This document shows, one piece after another, positions 25,200 through 39,976 of a stretch of 64,000 nt of DNA; position 1 is the stretch's first letter; the number at the start of each line of letters is the position of its first letter. Origin of the DNA: Yuukianura sp. NJ FZ-2021 (Eukaryota). The notes under the pieces were generated by a model. That model was not told the DNA's origin. It ran no database searches and was given only the letters and a program-made list of their open reading frames with translations. The translations under genes were made by a program, and so were the position numbers. The stretch lies in NCBI GenBank assembly GCA_046563655.1, contig CM102285.1, positions 14,198,001 through 14,262,000 of the forward strand. Direction: 5' to 3'.

Positions 25200-27414
25200 G
25201 AGCGAAGAAAATCGGATTCGCATTCTTGAAAATCTTGAGATTTTAGTTTTGTTTCAAAAAATTAGAGAAATCTGTCAGCTTCTGGGCAAGAATTCAAAAA
25301 TTTGTGTTTTGTTGATCCTTGCGTTGCTATTTTTGAAATTTTTTATGTTTTTATGTCTTGAACTTTCACCTGGACATAAAATTTTTGAGTCGTGTTGATA
25401 TCTTTTTGTGTCTGTGAGTAATAACCTGTTGAGTAAAAAAAATTTATAAACAAGAGCAGCGGGTTAAGTTTTTTTAGGATCCAAAGATTTATCCCTGTGT
25501 GGATTTCGTGGAAGTTTTTCTTTTGTTTTTTTGAATTCAGCGGGTGCGGGTAGGCTGGCGGTGTAACTTAAAGATGAAAGTGCCGTAAAACGGGAGAAGT
25601 GGGATCTCCAAAGTGTCTTGATGGGATCTTCTTCTGTCGAGATGAGTTTTCTTTTTGCTCCGCCGCCCCACCAAAGCCTTCCAGCCCCACCACCAGCCTT
25701 AGAGCCACCAGGGGGAGGGGTGGAGGTGGCTTGGAAGGAGCAGCTTGGTTTTATGGCCCAAACTCAAATTACTCTTTCGCCTCCCGACTTTCTCTTTTTC
25801 ATTTCCAGAGTGTCAGTTCCATCTTACCCAGCCATGCCCCGCCCCCATCCGCCACACTATCTTGCCCCACCAGCCCCACCCCCAGTTATGTTTTATATCG
25901 TAAAAACGTCCAGAGATGAAAGACATAAATTGTAGGAGGCTAACCTCATTCTATCTAAAGCTTCACTTTAAAATGAAACAACTCAACAGTTTTCTCCTCC
26001 GTACGAAAAACCACGCTCTCTTCTCACTTTCAAGGCCCAAAATACGAAAATTTGGCTTTTGGAGCAAAAATGTTTTGCTCCGAGCGGCTCTTCCTCAAAA
26101 TTTTCAAATTCTGAAAATGAACTTTACAAAAAGTCATAAAACCACTCCTAAAACATAAAATCATAAACACTAAACCGCAAATCATTTACAAAACTCAAAA
26201 CCCACTTCTCTTCATTTACAAAAATAAAATGTGCTGCAATTTTTCGAAATTTCCAAATTTCAGTTAGAGTTTGAAAACAAATACAAAATTAACACTAACA
26301 AACCAACGAAAGCAGAGACTCAGCCTAACTACGGAGCATTTTATTTACAAGAATTTAAAAAAAAAATTTTTTTTCAAGTGATAGTTAACTATTAACTTAC
26401 TGCATTGTTATAAAAGACGGTGTTGTTCTGCCACAAAAATAGAAACTATAGTTACGTCATCTGTAAGTCTCCGTTAGGTTCATTAGGCTAACAACCTAAC
26501 GTTAGGTTAGCCTAACGTTAACAAAATGCGAACAAAGTTTGGCACTGTGATGCTCCTGTGCGGAGAAAGTTCGAAAAATGAAATCCCTGAAACGACGTCA
26601 TAGTTCGTCTGAGTGGCTTTCAGATGACGCTGGTGATTTCGTTTTTACTTTCTCCAACGTTTTCACTCATACCCCACTTTTTGAAAATCTTTTTCGAAAT
26701 TTGAAAAAAAAAATTTGTCTCTAGAAAATACGTCTATATACGCCTTATAATGGAGACAATGCGCCTTTTTTCTTTGATGCAGGGTTTCATGATTCATTTC
26801 TTTAGTTTTTCAAAAACAGGAAACGAGTTTTTTTTGCGTTGTTTCTTCTTCGCCTCAACCAAACCAAAAAACTCGTTTTTTCTGTCCAAATTTTTGATTC
26901 TGCTCTCGTTCCCATCTCACTGATTGCACAGACAAAAGAAAAAGTAAGAGAAAAACGAAGTGAGGAAGGAAGTTCTCGTTGAAAATGCGGCATCTCTACT
27001 TCTAATTTCCAATAACGTAGTGAACAAGGTACAAACTTTCTCTGCAGTAAGAAAATAGCGTAGGTGTTTCTAAAAAAAATTGTTCGTTTCAAGTAAATTC
27101 AATTCTGAAAAAGTACGCTCACTATCAGAATGTTTCAAAAGAAATGTTTTCAATTTCAATTTTTTTTTCAGTTGATTTGATGTTTTGTCTAAAACTCCGT
27201 TATGCTCAAGCTTTCACATTTACAAAAAGAGAAAACAGTTTTGGAAAAGTCATGCGCTTTCTAAAAATTTTTACATGTTTTTGTTCGAAACGGCATGAAT
27301 AGTTGAAAACGCCACTTTTTGTTTTGAAGGTGTTGATGAATATCGGATTTGGTAAAAAAAGAAAGTTTAAATGTGAAACAACGAGAGAAAGTTGAGGAAA
27401 ATTTGAAAAGTTGC

Positions 27415-27458
27415 GCAGGGCCGGGGAGATTGCCGGCCCTGCAATTTTTTTTGTCTAG
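27415..27458 (+). mobile_element. Probable Helitron 3' terminus
   Basis: GC-rich hairpin GCAGGGCCGG-ggagattg-CCGGCCCTGC, followed about 12 nt later by CTAG and then T. The 5' end was not located. Confidence 0.55.
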
Positions 27459-27554
27459 TTCCCCTCGCGGACTTTATCGATCCAGAAACACGAATGGTGA
27501 TTCGGGAAATCCGAATTTCGGTTTTTTCGGTGAGTTAGGCTGTTGAACAATAGT

Positions 27555-27640
27555 TTTTTGACGATGCTGGGATTCGAACCCGCAGTCCCCTTCATTCATC
27601 GACAGCAGAAACAAAGTCCCACGGAGCAGCTGCTGCATCT
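27555..27640 (-). repeat. Possible tRNA-derived SINE head
   Basis: Minus-strand B-box GGTTCGAATCC (27570-27580); no convincing cloverleaf. Confidence 0.3.
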
Positions 27641-28162
27641 CCAACAACACAAAATTCTGCTCAAACAGAAGGTCAGCAAAGGGCTCTCCAAAATTTCGAA
27701 CATTCAAATTTCATTTTAGGTAAACAAAGTACATTTTCGAAATATTTAGGTAGTTATGTTTTTTTTTTTGAAAAGCTAGTTGAATTTTGGGATTTTGAGC
27801 AACATCTACGTACAGAATTCGGAGAATCTATACTTAACAGGTTGTTTTTGTTAAGAATCTGAAACAAATTTCTGGAAACGGAATGAAAACAGATTGTCGA
27901 ATATGAAAATTGAAATTTTGATTTTGAATTTGAAATTTCAGGTGCATGACACAACGAATTTTTGAAGAACAAGTGGACTGCCGGACCTTACGAAATTTTT
28001 TCAAAATTTTCGAAATTTTGGATTAAGCAGTTCCTTTGGACAAGCAACTGAAAGCAATATTTACTCAATTCCATTTTGACAGCAACGATTTTCTGAACAG
28101 AAGCAATACTTAAAACGAAACAAACGAAAAGTTTTTCAAAAACACTCAAAAAGTTTATCAAA

Positions 28163-30892
28163 ATGCGAAAGTGTTACTTTGTTAAAAAAGAAAAAACGGA
28201 CTTTGAGCAAGTAGTGGCAGAAGAGGACTTTGACACTTCGCTCATCAATCATCATTCACCAAATGACCTTGAGGTCACGTCTTGGGCGGAGAGTAAACTC
28301 ATACGTAAGTCTCATAACATAACAAACCTAACAAACCTAACCAATCTAATATCAAAAGTAACAAAATAACATGAGAAATCAAGAACAAAGCATAACAAAA
28401 CCACAAAAAATACACAAATTGGCTCAATTAATTTAGTTCTTTTGAAGATTTTCCCCGTTTTTTCGAATCTTTGATTTTTCCCAGGAAAAATTGATTCAAA
28501 GCAAAGTAAATCGTGTTGGTCTTTCCATTTTTAGAAGATTGACGAAAAACAAAGTCGATAAATTCTGCAGTTCCATTGTAGAGACCACGGTCGCCAATTA
28601 TTGACTTTTGTTAATCAAAAGGGAAAAGAACAGGAGAAATCTTTGATTTTTGTGTTCAAATTCAAAACCTAACTAACCTAAAAATGAGAGAAGACTTGTT
28701 GCCTTTTGATGTTTAGCCTAACCAACCTAACTTAAAGTAGAGTATAGAGGAGTGTGGAGAAGCAAATACCTCATGGCTATTCCCAATTCAACTTGTTTGC
28801 TTTTTCCACTTTCGTTTTTGGTTTGAATTTGGGGCGAAAGTGGCTCATTGGTTGTCTGTCAAGTTTGTTCTGCTAAGCAAACATTTGCACTTTCACTTAA
28901 GTTGGGCTAGGCCTCGATTCTATCAAAATTTCAGAAAAAAAAATTGTAATTGGCGGAGGAATGTACAGAATCAAAGAAAGGGACACAAAATTATGAATTA
29001 TGATAGATTTCTAATGGTTCTAATTTTAAGACGTTAGGAACTAAGATTGATGTGACAGAAAATGGATAAAAGTCAATCCAGGTTGCTTCATTCGGACAAA
29101 AACTAATGTAAACTTAGCCTAACATCCACCAAAACCTAACGTGAACGCACCCTAACGTGACCTTAGCCTAACGTGAACGAAAAAGCGCGTGTTGATCAAT
29201 AGATTCAATTTTTTTTTGGGAGCAAAGAAAAGAGAAAGCAAGAGAAAGTGAGATATGAGCAGGAGTGTTTTGTAACCAAACGTGAAAGTTTTTATGAAAT
29301 TTTGGAAAATTTTTTGAATGTTCATTTTTTAAATGTTTTTAGCCCCGGAGAAAAGAATCAGCAGTGAAAGAAGTGAAAGTGTTTGGAAAAACGAAGAAAT
29401 CAGGAACATCCATCCGTTACTCCGAATTCGGACTTCAGAGGAGAGGGAAATAGCAGAAGACTTACTGGAATTGGCCCGCTCTCTTCCACCACGTCCCAAA
29501 CCCACGTTCATCCCACTCGTCCCACCCACTGACCCACCACCCACCTACTTCTACCACCCACCCCTCACCCCCTCAGATTCTCCACATGCCATTTTGCCCC
29601 ACGATGCCACCAACAGTCAAGACCCACCACCCACTTTCACTTTACTGGTGTCACATGACCACGGACCCACCTCTGACGTCATTGACCCACCACCGAGAAA
29701 TTCACTCAAACCCACCACCCCTCTCACTCCAGCCACTTCCGAGTACTCTTCTGATGCCGAAAATGTTTGTCCAGGTAACTTTTCAAAATTTCAGTTTTTT
29801 TTTTAAAGAAATGTTCAAATCAAGGTTCACAGATAAAAAAAACTTTTTCTACAGCAGGTTGTCCGATAACTCGAGGTTTTGAATTTTTTGCCACAATTTT
29901 CAAAAATGAAACCAGGTGAACTTTACCTCCTTTTCGATGGCAATTTTAAACTTTTTTTTTCAAACTTTTTTTATTTCTATGTCACTTCAAAAATTCAAAG
30001 TTAAAAAAAAATTGAGGGAAAAAGTCATTTAAAAAAATATTTTAAAAAATGGGTGAAAAAATTGTTTGAAGCAAAGTTTTGCAAAATCGCTGAGTAAATA
30101 GACAACCTGTTGTAGGTAATACAATTCAATTCGGTTGTCAAGGAACCTTGGTTCAAAATTTCAGGTAATGATGAAGTACTTGGAGACAAAAGTAGCAAAG
30201 GCTCCTCCGCCCACTACTCCTTTGAGGATCTCATTGTCGTCAATCCACGTCCGAAATCATTCCAGCCGCGACGGCGTAAATCCAAAACTCCAACCAATTC
30301 TCACCGTGGATTCAAAGTCGCAACAAAAGGAAAAGATCTGCGTAAGGTTCGACGAATCGCACGTCCTGCGTCGACTAGCGACGACGACGACGACGTTTCT
30401 GAATTCGACGAAGAATGTTCCGATTCCAGCCGGAAACCACGGTTCACTTGCTCCGAGTGCGGCAAGCACTATGCTACAAGTTCAAATTTGTCCCGCCACA
30501 AACAAACTCATCGCAGCTTAGATTCACAAAATGCCCGTCGTTGTCCAACTTGCGGCAAAGCCTATGTGAGTATGCCCGCCCTTGCTATGCACATCCTAAC
30601 ACATAACCTGCATCACAAGTGTGATGTGTGTGGCAAAGCGTTTTCGAGACCGTGGCTCCTGCAAGGTCACATGAGGTCACACACAGGGGAGAAACCCTAT
30701 GGCTGTGCACACTGTGGCAAAGCATTTGCTGACAGGTCAAACCTCCGTGCACACATGCAAACACACTCGGCAGCTAAGAACTACTCCTGCAAAAGATGTC
30801 ACAAGTCATTTGCACTCAAATCCTATTTGAACAAACACTACGACTCTGCTTGTTTCAAAGATCAAGATTCTTCTAGCAATTCCAGCAATTAA
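28163..30892 (+). CDS. Scratch-family (Snail superfamily) C2H2 zinc-finger transcription factor, probably Kahuli/scratch3-type; join(28163..28304,29343..29774,30165..30892), 433 aa
   Basis: Five fingers diagnostic of scratch ([77 protein letters not shown]); N-terminal SNAG-like [21 protein letters not shown] motif; both introns GT-AG, phase 1. Confidence 0.9.
29821..30150. mobile_element. CAAGG...CCTTG family MITE filling most of intron 2 of the scratch-like gene, in opposite orientation to the 24952 copy
   Basis: Ends CAAGGTTCACAG...CAGGTTGTCC and ...AATTCGGTTGTCAAGGAACCTTG; flanks GTTCAAAT / GTTCAAAA. Confidence 0.7.
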
Positions 30893-32263
30893 AGTCAACA
30901 TTTTTACTTTTTAACTTTAATTGAAATTAAAACTTAATTAAGCTTAAAACATAATTTCATAGCAAAATCCAAAGCAATATCTCAGCAACTAAAAACTTAC
31001 AATCTCTTGTCTGGTCTGGTCATATTTTCTGGTATTCTTAACAAATTATTATCGTTATCCTTGAAACAAAAAAATTTCGAAATTTTACTTTTCAAAAATG
31101 CGAAATGTTAGCATAATTCTTTTTTTCTTTTCTTTTTTTTTTATCTTTGCTTTTGCTTCGGTTGGCTAAAAAAACATTTCAAAGTACGGGATGATGGAAA
31201 CTAGCGAAATGCTTAGTTATAGTACTTTTGTAATATTTTGCAAAAATTTTGAATTGGTGTCAAGCAAAAAACGAATTGCAGAACTACCGAGTGATTAAGT
31301 GTAACAAAGTTTTAAGTTTAGTTAATTAATAATTTTCTTAGTTGAGATATTCACGCTTATTTTAATTAAGTTTTTGGTTCTACAGACTAAGACCTTAATT
31401 TGCTTGAATCTCTAGTCTAAAACAAAGTCACAAAATAACATTGTGTTAATTTTTTAGTCTAAAAATGAAAGTCAAAGTTTTTAGGAGTTGACGCGGACCA
31501 CTTTAGTCACAAAACCATTTCACCAATAACTTTAAGTTTTAAGTTCTTAATTAAACTTTTAATTAACTTTAACTTTAAGTGACACTTCCATAAACAAAAC
31601 CAAAACAGAGAGCAATACTAACTCCAAAGAGAACGAAGAGACATTTGTAACCATTGATTAAATTGTAACTAAATTAATTAACTTTTAAGTCAATTAGGTA
31701 CACATAAAATAGGTCAACAGTAATAAGTTCAACACATTTCTGCAATAAATGTTACAGACGAGACCTTAACTCAACGTGTAACCAGTTTCCCAGCAACGAA
31801 TTTTCACAAACATGTAATAAATGGTTTAAATTAGTTAAGTGTAATTAATTAAATAATTAATTTGAAATTAATGTATTTAAGTTAACACATAGATTAACAC
31901 TTTCTTTTGTCGTCGTGCGTGCGCAGCTATAAAAAGCGTCATTTCGTCCTGTTTCTAAAAATTAGCAACTTTTTAGCAATACTAAAAGGATTCCTGGTAA
32001 AAGACTTTTCTGCCGATTTCTGTGTAACTCTTTGTAAAAAAAATAATTCCTCTTGATTGCTAATTATTAATCGACATGTGATTTTTGATGGTCAGTTTTA
32101 GTTAAAATTTAATTAACACTTAATTAGTTATATTATTTAGTTAATTAGTTAATTGTTGCATGACCAAGTCAAACTTTCATGTGAAACTTTCTCCTAAAAT
32201 CCTTTCTCTCAATGTGATTCTACTTTTCAAAGTGCAACTAAATGCTAAATAAATGTATTTCAA

Positions 32264-32435
32264 AAGCAGCAGTTGAGGTCAATGGTCATTTTCATTTGAC
32301 CTTTTTCAAAATTGAAAATAAGCAAATAAATTTTACAAGCAGCAGTTGAGGTCAAAGGTCATTTTCATTTGACCTTTTTCAAAATTGAAAATAAGCAAAT
32401 AAATTTTGCAAGCAGCAATTGAGGTCAAAGGTCAT
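32264..32435. repeat. 73-bp tandem repeat (2 full copies and 1 partial), each with an AGGTCA-n-(A/T)GGTCA DR1-type motif
   Basis: Units start at 32264, 32337 and 32410: AAGCAGCA.TTGAGGTCAA(T/A)GGTCAT... Confidence 0.85.
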
Positions 32436-32489
32436 CGACCTTTCCGCTTTTCATTTGACCTTCAAATTTTGAAAATTCAAAATTTAGTT

Positions 32490-33345
32490 TCATTGGAGAT
32501 GAAGCGTGAGAATTCCGGCGTCGGAAGTTGCCCAGTTGAGGTCACCCAAGTTCGTGCCGACCGGAGTTTCCACTCGAATTGAATTTCCCGCTCCAAAGGT
32601 CAAGATCAAATTGTTGTCAGCGTCGGAAAATGGAGGTCGGGGGTCAGAGGTCAACAATTTTGACCCCACTTGAATACGGACTTGGAGTTTCGTCTTTTCA
32701 AAGTGAATTGACTGCAGGTCAAGGTCATCTCCTCTGACCTTGACACAAAAACCCCGGCAGGTCACTTCGTCTTCTCTCACTTCGCCCCGAACTACTTCAA
32801 AATCCTCTCTGGAAATGAAATTTTGAAAAACAATTTTAAAAACTAAACTAAAATCTTGGAAACAGGTTTTCAAAATTTTGAAAATTTTACTGGAGAAGGT
32901 GATTCGCCACTTCCAGTCCTTTGGTGACAATTTGCGAGCCAATTTGTGCTGCTGATGTGAAAATGGCCGAAGCCGTTCTCGTGACGGTATCGGAGCTGAG
33001 GAGGGACAAAACGGCTTGTGACACTTTGCGCATGGGCGTGATGACGATGTCCTTGACATGCTGGATGTCAGACGTCGGAGATTCAAGGTCACAGTCAGGG
33101 AACAGTTCCGTGTCGTCCGTGTGCGCAGAAGTTCGATTCGTACCGTTTGTAAAGAGAGTGCGCAGACCGGGAAATCCTGGAGGAATGTAGGCCAAGTTCC
33201 GGTTTTTGGTGACCCCGTCACCCGCTGGACAGGTCACGGAGCTCATGTGATCCAAACGTCTCGGAAGGGAAGTTGACCGGTTCATGACCGGTCTACGGTA
33301 CGCCGCGAATTTTTGCCGAGGTGCCGTCACCGGTTGGGGGGCCAT
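32490..33345 (-). CDS. Uncharacterised protein, possibly with a divergent C-terminal alpha-crystallin/HSP20-like domain; complement(join(32490..32808,32891..33345)), 257 aa
   Basis: Two GC-richer open frames joined by an AT-rich 82-nt GT-AG intron in phase 2. The C-terminus IRVETPVGTNLGDLNWATSDAGILTLHL resembles the sHSP end motif. The domain call is tentative. Confidence 0.6.
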
Positions 33346-33643
33346 AATGAATTTAGAACTATAAAATTTTGAACAAAATTTAAAATTTTGAAACGCGCTT
33401 TTGCTGTAGTTCAAAGATTTTGAATACAATGCAACGTTGAATTTTTCGAATTTTGTTTATGAAATGTTCCGGTTCGTTGTTTCGTTGCCGTGGGTGAGCA
33501 GAGTCGGTGTATGTTTCGAATAAACTTTTCAAAATTTTGAAATCTTGTGAAATATTTTCAAATTTTCAGGAATTGCAGCCTAATCGCCGCGCAGTAGTCG
33601 TCGTTTTCGTCACTTTGTCTAAATTTTAGAATGCAGGGTCATC

Positions 33644-35812
33644 ATGACCTTTGACCTGTCTGCATCCCGTTCTAAAAATTCTCTGATTGGAGGAGCGTTT
33701 CAGTTGATGGTTTCGGAGTTTCAGAAGATAGAAGAGGAAATCAGTATGTTTGGGGCTAGCAAAGAAAAACTGGAGAATCTCAAGCAAACTGTGGACGACA
33801 AGCTGGAGAAGCTGATTTCCACAAAGGCCAAGCTCCAAGAAAGTTTGGAGCAGGTCAAAGGTCAACTGTCCTCGACAGAGGTCAACAAGGACAGTAAACT
33901 CCCTGATTCGGAAAATGGTAACAATGGTTAGTAAACGTTGTTAAGATATTTGCAAATGCTTGATTGAATGGAAAAAAATGGTTTGACCATAGTGACGACC
34001 GTGTTGACCGGAACGGATGTTGGGGTCAGCCGCGTCTCGGCTACAAATGTCAGCCTCAGCGGCAAGGCAATTGAGGATATTCAGCGTCAAATCGATTCTA
34101 TGGCGGAAGCTATCCAGCAGTTACAAACAACACAACCTACTTTTGTTACCGTCTTGACTGCAGGTGACCTTGACCTTGTTAGTCCTAAAGTCATCAAAAA
34201 TTTAACTACTGGTGCCGATTTATAGAAAATGTGGCTAATCACGAAGCTGGGATGATAGACACGTCCGAAGCTGTCAAAAAGTGGCTCCTCGAATCGAAAA
34301 CGGTTCCAGACAAGCTGTCAAGCGATGCGGATTTCGACGCGGCAACGGTTGACAAGCGACAGCTGGTGAAAGCTGGACCCAGTTCAGACAAAAGTCAGCT
34401 GATCCAAGGTATCTCAAACTTCGGTAAGTCAGCTGATCCTAGAAACTTTGACAATGGTCAGCTGACCCTAGATAAACTTAGCTTAAACTTCGATAACGGT
34501 CAGCTGACCCTAGAAACTGCGATAACAGTCAGCTGACCTTAACTAGACTTCGATAACGGTCAGCTGACCTAACTGATTCTAGATAAGCTTCTATAACAGC
34601 CACCTGATCTGTTTACTCCGATGACGATAGTCAGAAAATAGCAGATCCTAGATAAACTTCGATAACAATCAGCTGATTTCAGATACCTCTATCGTGGATA
34701 ACGGTCAGCTGATCGAAGCTGTACCGAACGCTAACGAAGAACAGCCAGAAGTCCAAGGCGAAGCTACTTCCGAAAGACGTCAAAGTGCAACTTCTTCTGC
34801 CGTTCCATGGCCAACCAGTGAGCATCCCGAGAAGAACAATGTCCAGCGAAATGACTTACTGCACACGTCATACGAGGAGTTCATGGAGTATCTGCACACA
34901 AGGGCAAAAACCGCTGGAAATTCAAAGTTAGGATTGCCAACCATACCGGATTCATCTAACAAGTCAAACAGCCCGGACAGTTTGAGTCCCAAGCCAAATA
35001 CTGTTCCACTATTACCGTCACCATACGCCGAATCCTTGCGAGTTCTCAGAAGTCAGAAGTTGATGAGTTCCAAAATGTCAGAACTGGAAAAATTCCGGCT
35101 CCACCAAGCCACCCACTCCCACCAGCATCCACGACATCGAAAACAAGGAAACCAGCAGAACAATACTAAGCGCAGTTCAGCTACCGAACTTTCCCGGTTA
35201 CTTGCTCGGGCAAGTTCGGCTTACTTGAAGAAACTGACGAAACTACCGGCCTGGATGACATCAACTGCTGAAGATCGAGCATCAAATCGGTTCAGGAATC
35301 GAACAGTTCTGGACTCACTCAGAATCGCCAGTAATTCAAAAACACCGAAAGCATCTGCCTCAAACGTTTTCCGGACGAAATCTGGATCAAAACCGGATCT
35401 TCCCGTGGCTCAAAAGAGTCAAAGTGATTCAATCCAGACCAACTGGAGTTCAAATAAGTCAAGTCAAGGTCATGTGATTCCCCACAGTGGTAGACCTATT
35501 GACAAACGTTGGTTGGAGAAACCGATGGTTCCAAAAGAAGTTTATCTCAAGTACGGAAACTTCTCAAAGATGACAACAAAGACCAAACCGGAACACGGAA
35601 CCGGCAAGATCTGTCCAGTACCGAAGAATCTGCCAAGACAACTCTCATTCTCTTCCTTGAACGCCACCATCTTTACGAATCCCGACCGTGACCTTGACCC
35701 CCAAACGCACCGTGGCCAATCCAGTTCCAAAAACAGCTACACCGTGGCCGTGACGACGTCACCCGAGGTAACCAGTTTTTCCAGTACAAGCAAACGCCCT
35801 ACTCAAAATTAA
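33644..35812 (+). CDS. Uncharacterised protein with an N-terminal coiled coil and a long Ser/Thr/Lys-rich disordered region; join(33644..33926,33993..34163,34226..34423,34683..35812), 593 aa
   Basis: Four consecutive ORFs are joined by three phase-1 GT-AG introns into one open frame. No family recognised; the start codon is uncertain. Confidence 0.6.
34350..34715. repeat. Degenerate tandem array (CTTCGATAACGGTCAGCTGACCCTAGATAA-like) forming intron 3 of the orphan gene and extending into both flanking exons
   Basis: Repeated (G)ATAACGGTCAGCTGA cores are directly visible. Confidence 0.8.
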
Positions 35813-36117
35813 GTCCAGTGACGATGACGAACCGGGAATAAATCCAAACCAAAATTTTCGAAATTTTTAAAACCATAAAAAAAGTTGAACTTTTTTGAAA
35901 CTTTTACTTACTTTTCAATTTTGTCCTTGTCACGTGAGAAGGTTTTTATGAAAATACGACTAGAGATACGGCTGACACTTTTCTCTAAAAAATCCAGAGG
36001 TTGCATTAATCGTATCTTCATGGGAATTTAAAACGCTGAGGTGATACTTGCGCAGTATTTGCTGTCATATACTGCCAGTATATGATAAGATTGGAAGGCA
36101 AGTGTGACCTTTGACCT

Positions 36118-39491
<3,374 letters not shown>

Positions 39492-39976
39492 TCTTTCTCC
39501 AATGATAAACGATAAATTGACCTTGACCTTCCTTAAATTAGCAATTACTTAGCTTCAAGTCTTATCAGCCAGTTTCAGCCTTTCAGCATCAGCTGTTTTC
39601 TTGAATTAAATTGTTCCAGCGTTCCGTTATTTCAGCTGGCTAAATCGCGTGAAAATAATTTAGTGTCAAGTGACCATCAGCAATTAACTTAATTCTTTGT
39701 CAATTAACTAATTAACTAGACTGTTGATTTCTAAATTTATCCGTAAAGATGAAAGATGACTGTGCAAAACCAATGTAAAAAAACAGAAATTGAAATTGCA
39801 TCATTTGGTTTTGTTTACCGGATTTGAAAATTAACCAAAAGCCCGCCAAGGGGTAGCTTGCTTATCCGCCTCAAGTCATAAAGTTACCACCGTAAAAGTT
39901 AATTACAATTACATAAATTAATTAATTTTCTTAACTAATTACATAATTTTAATCATCTTTATTTCCATGACTCAGT

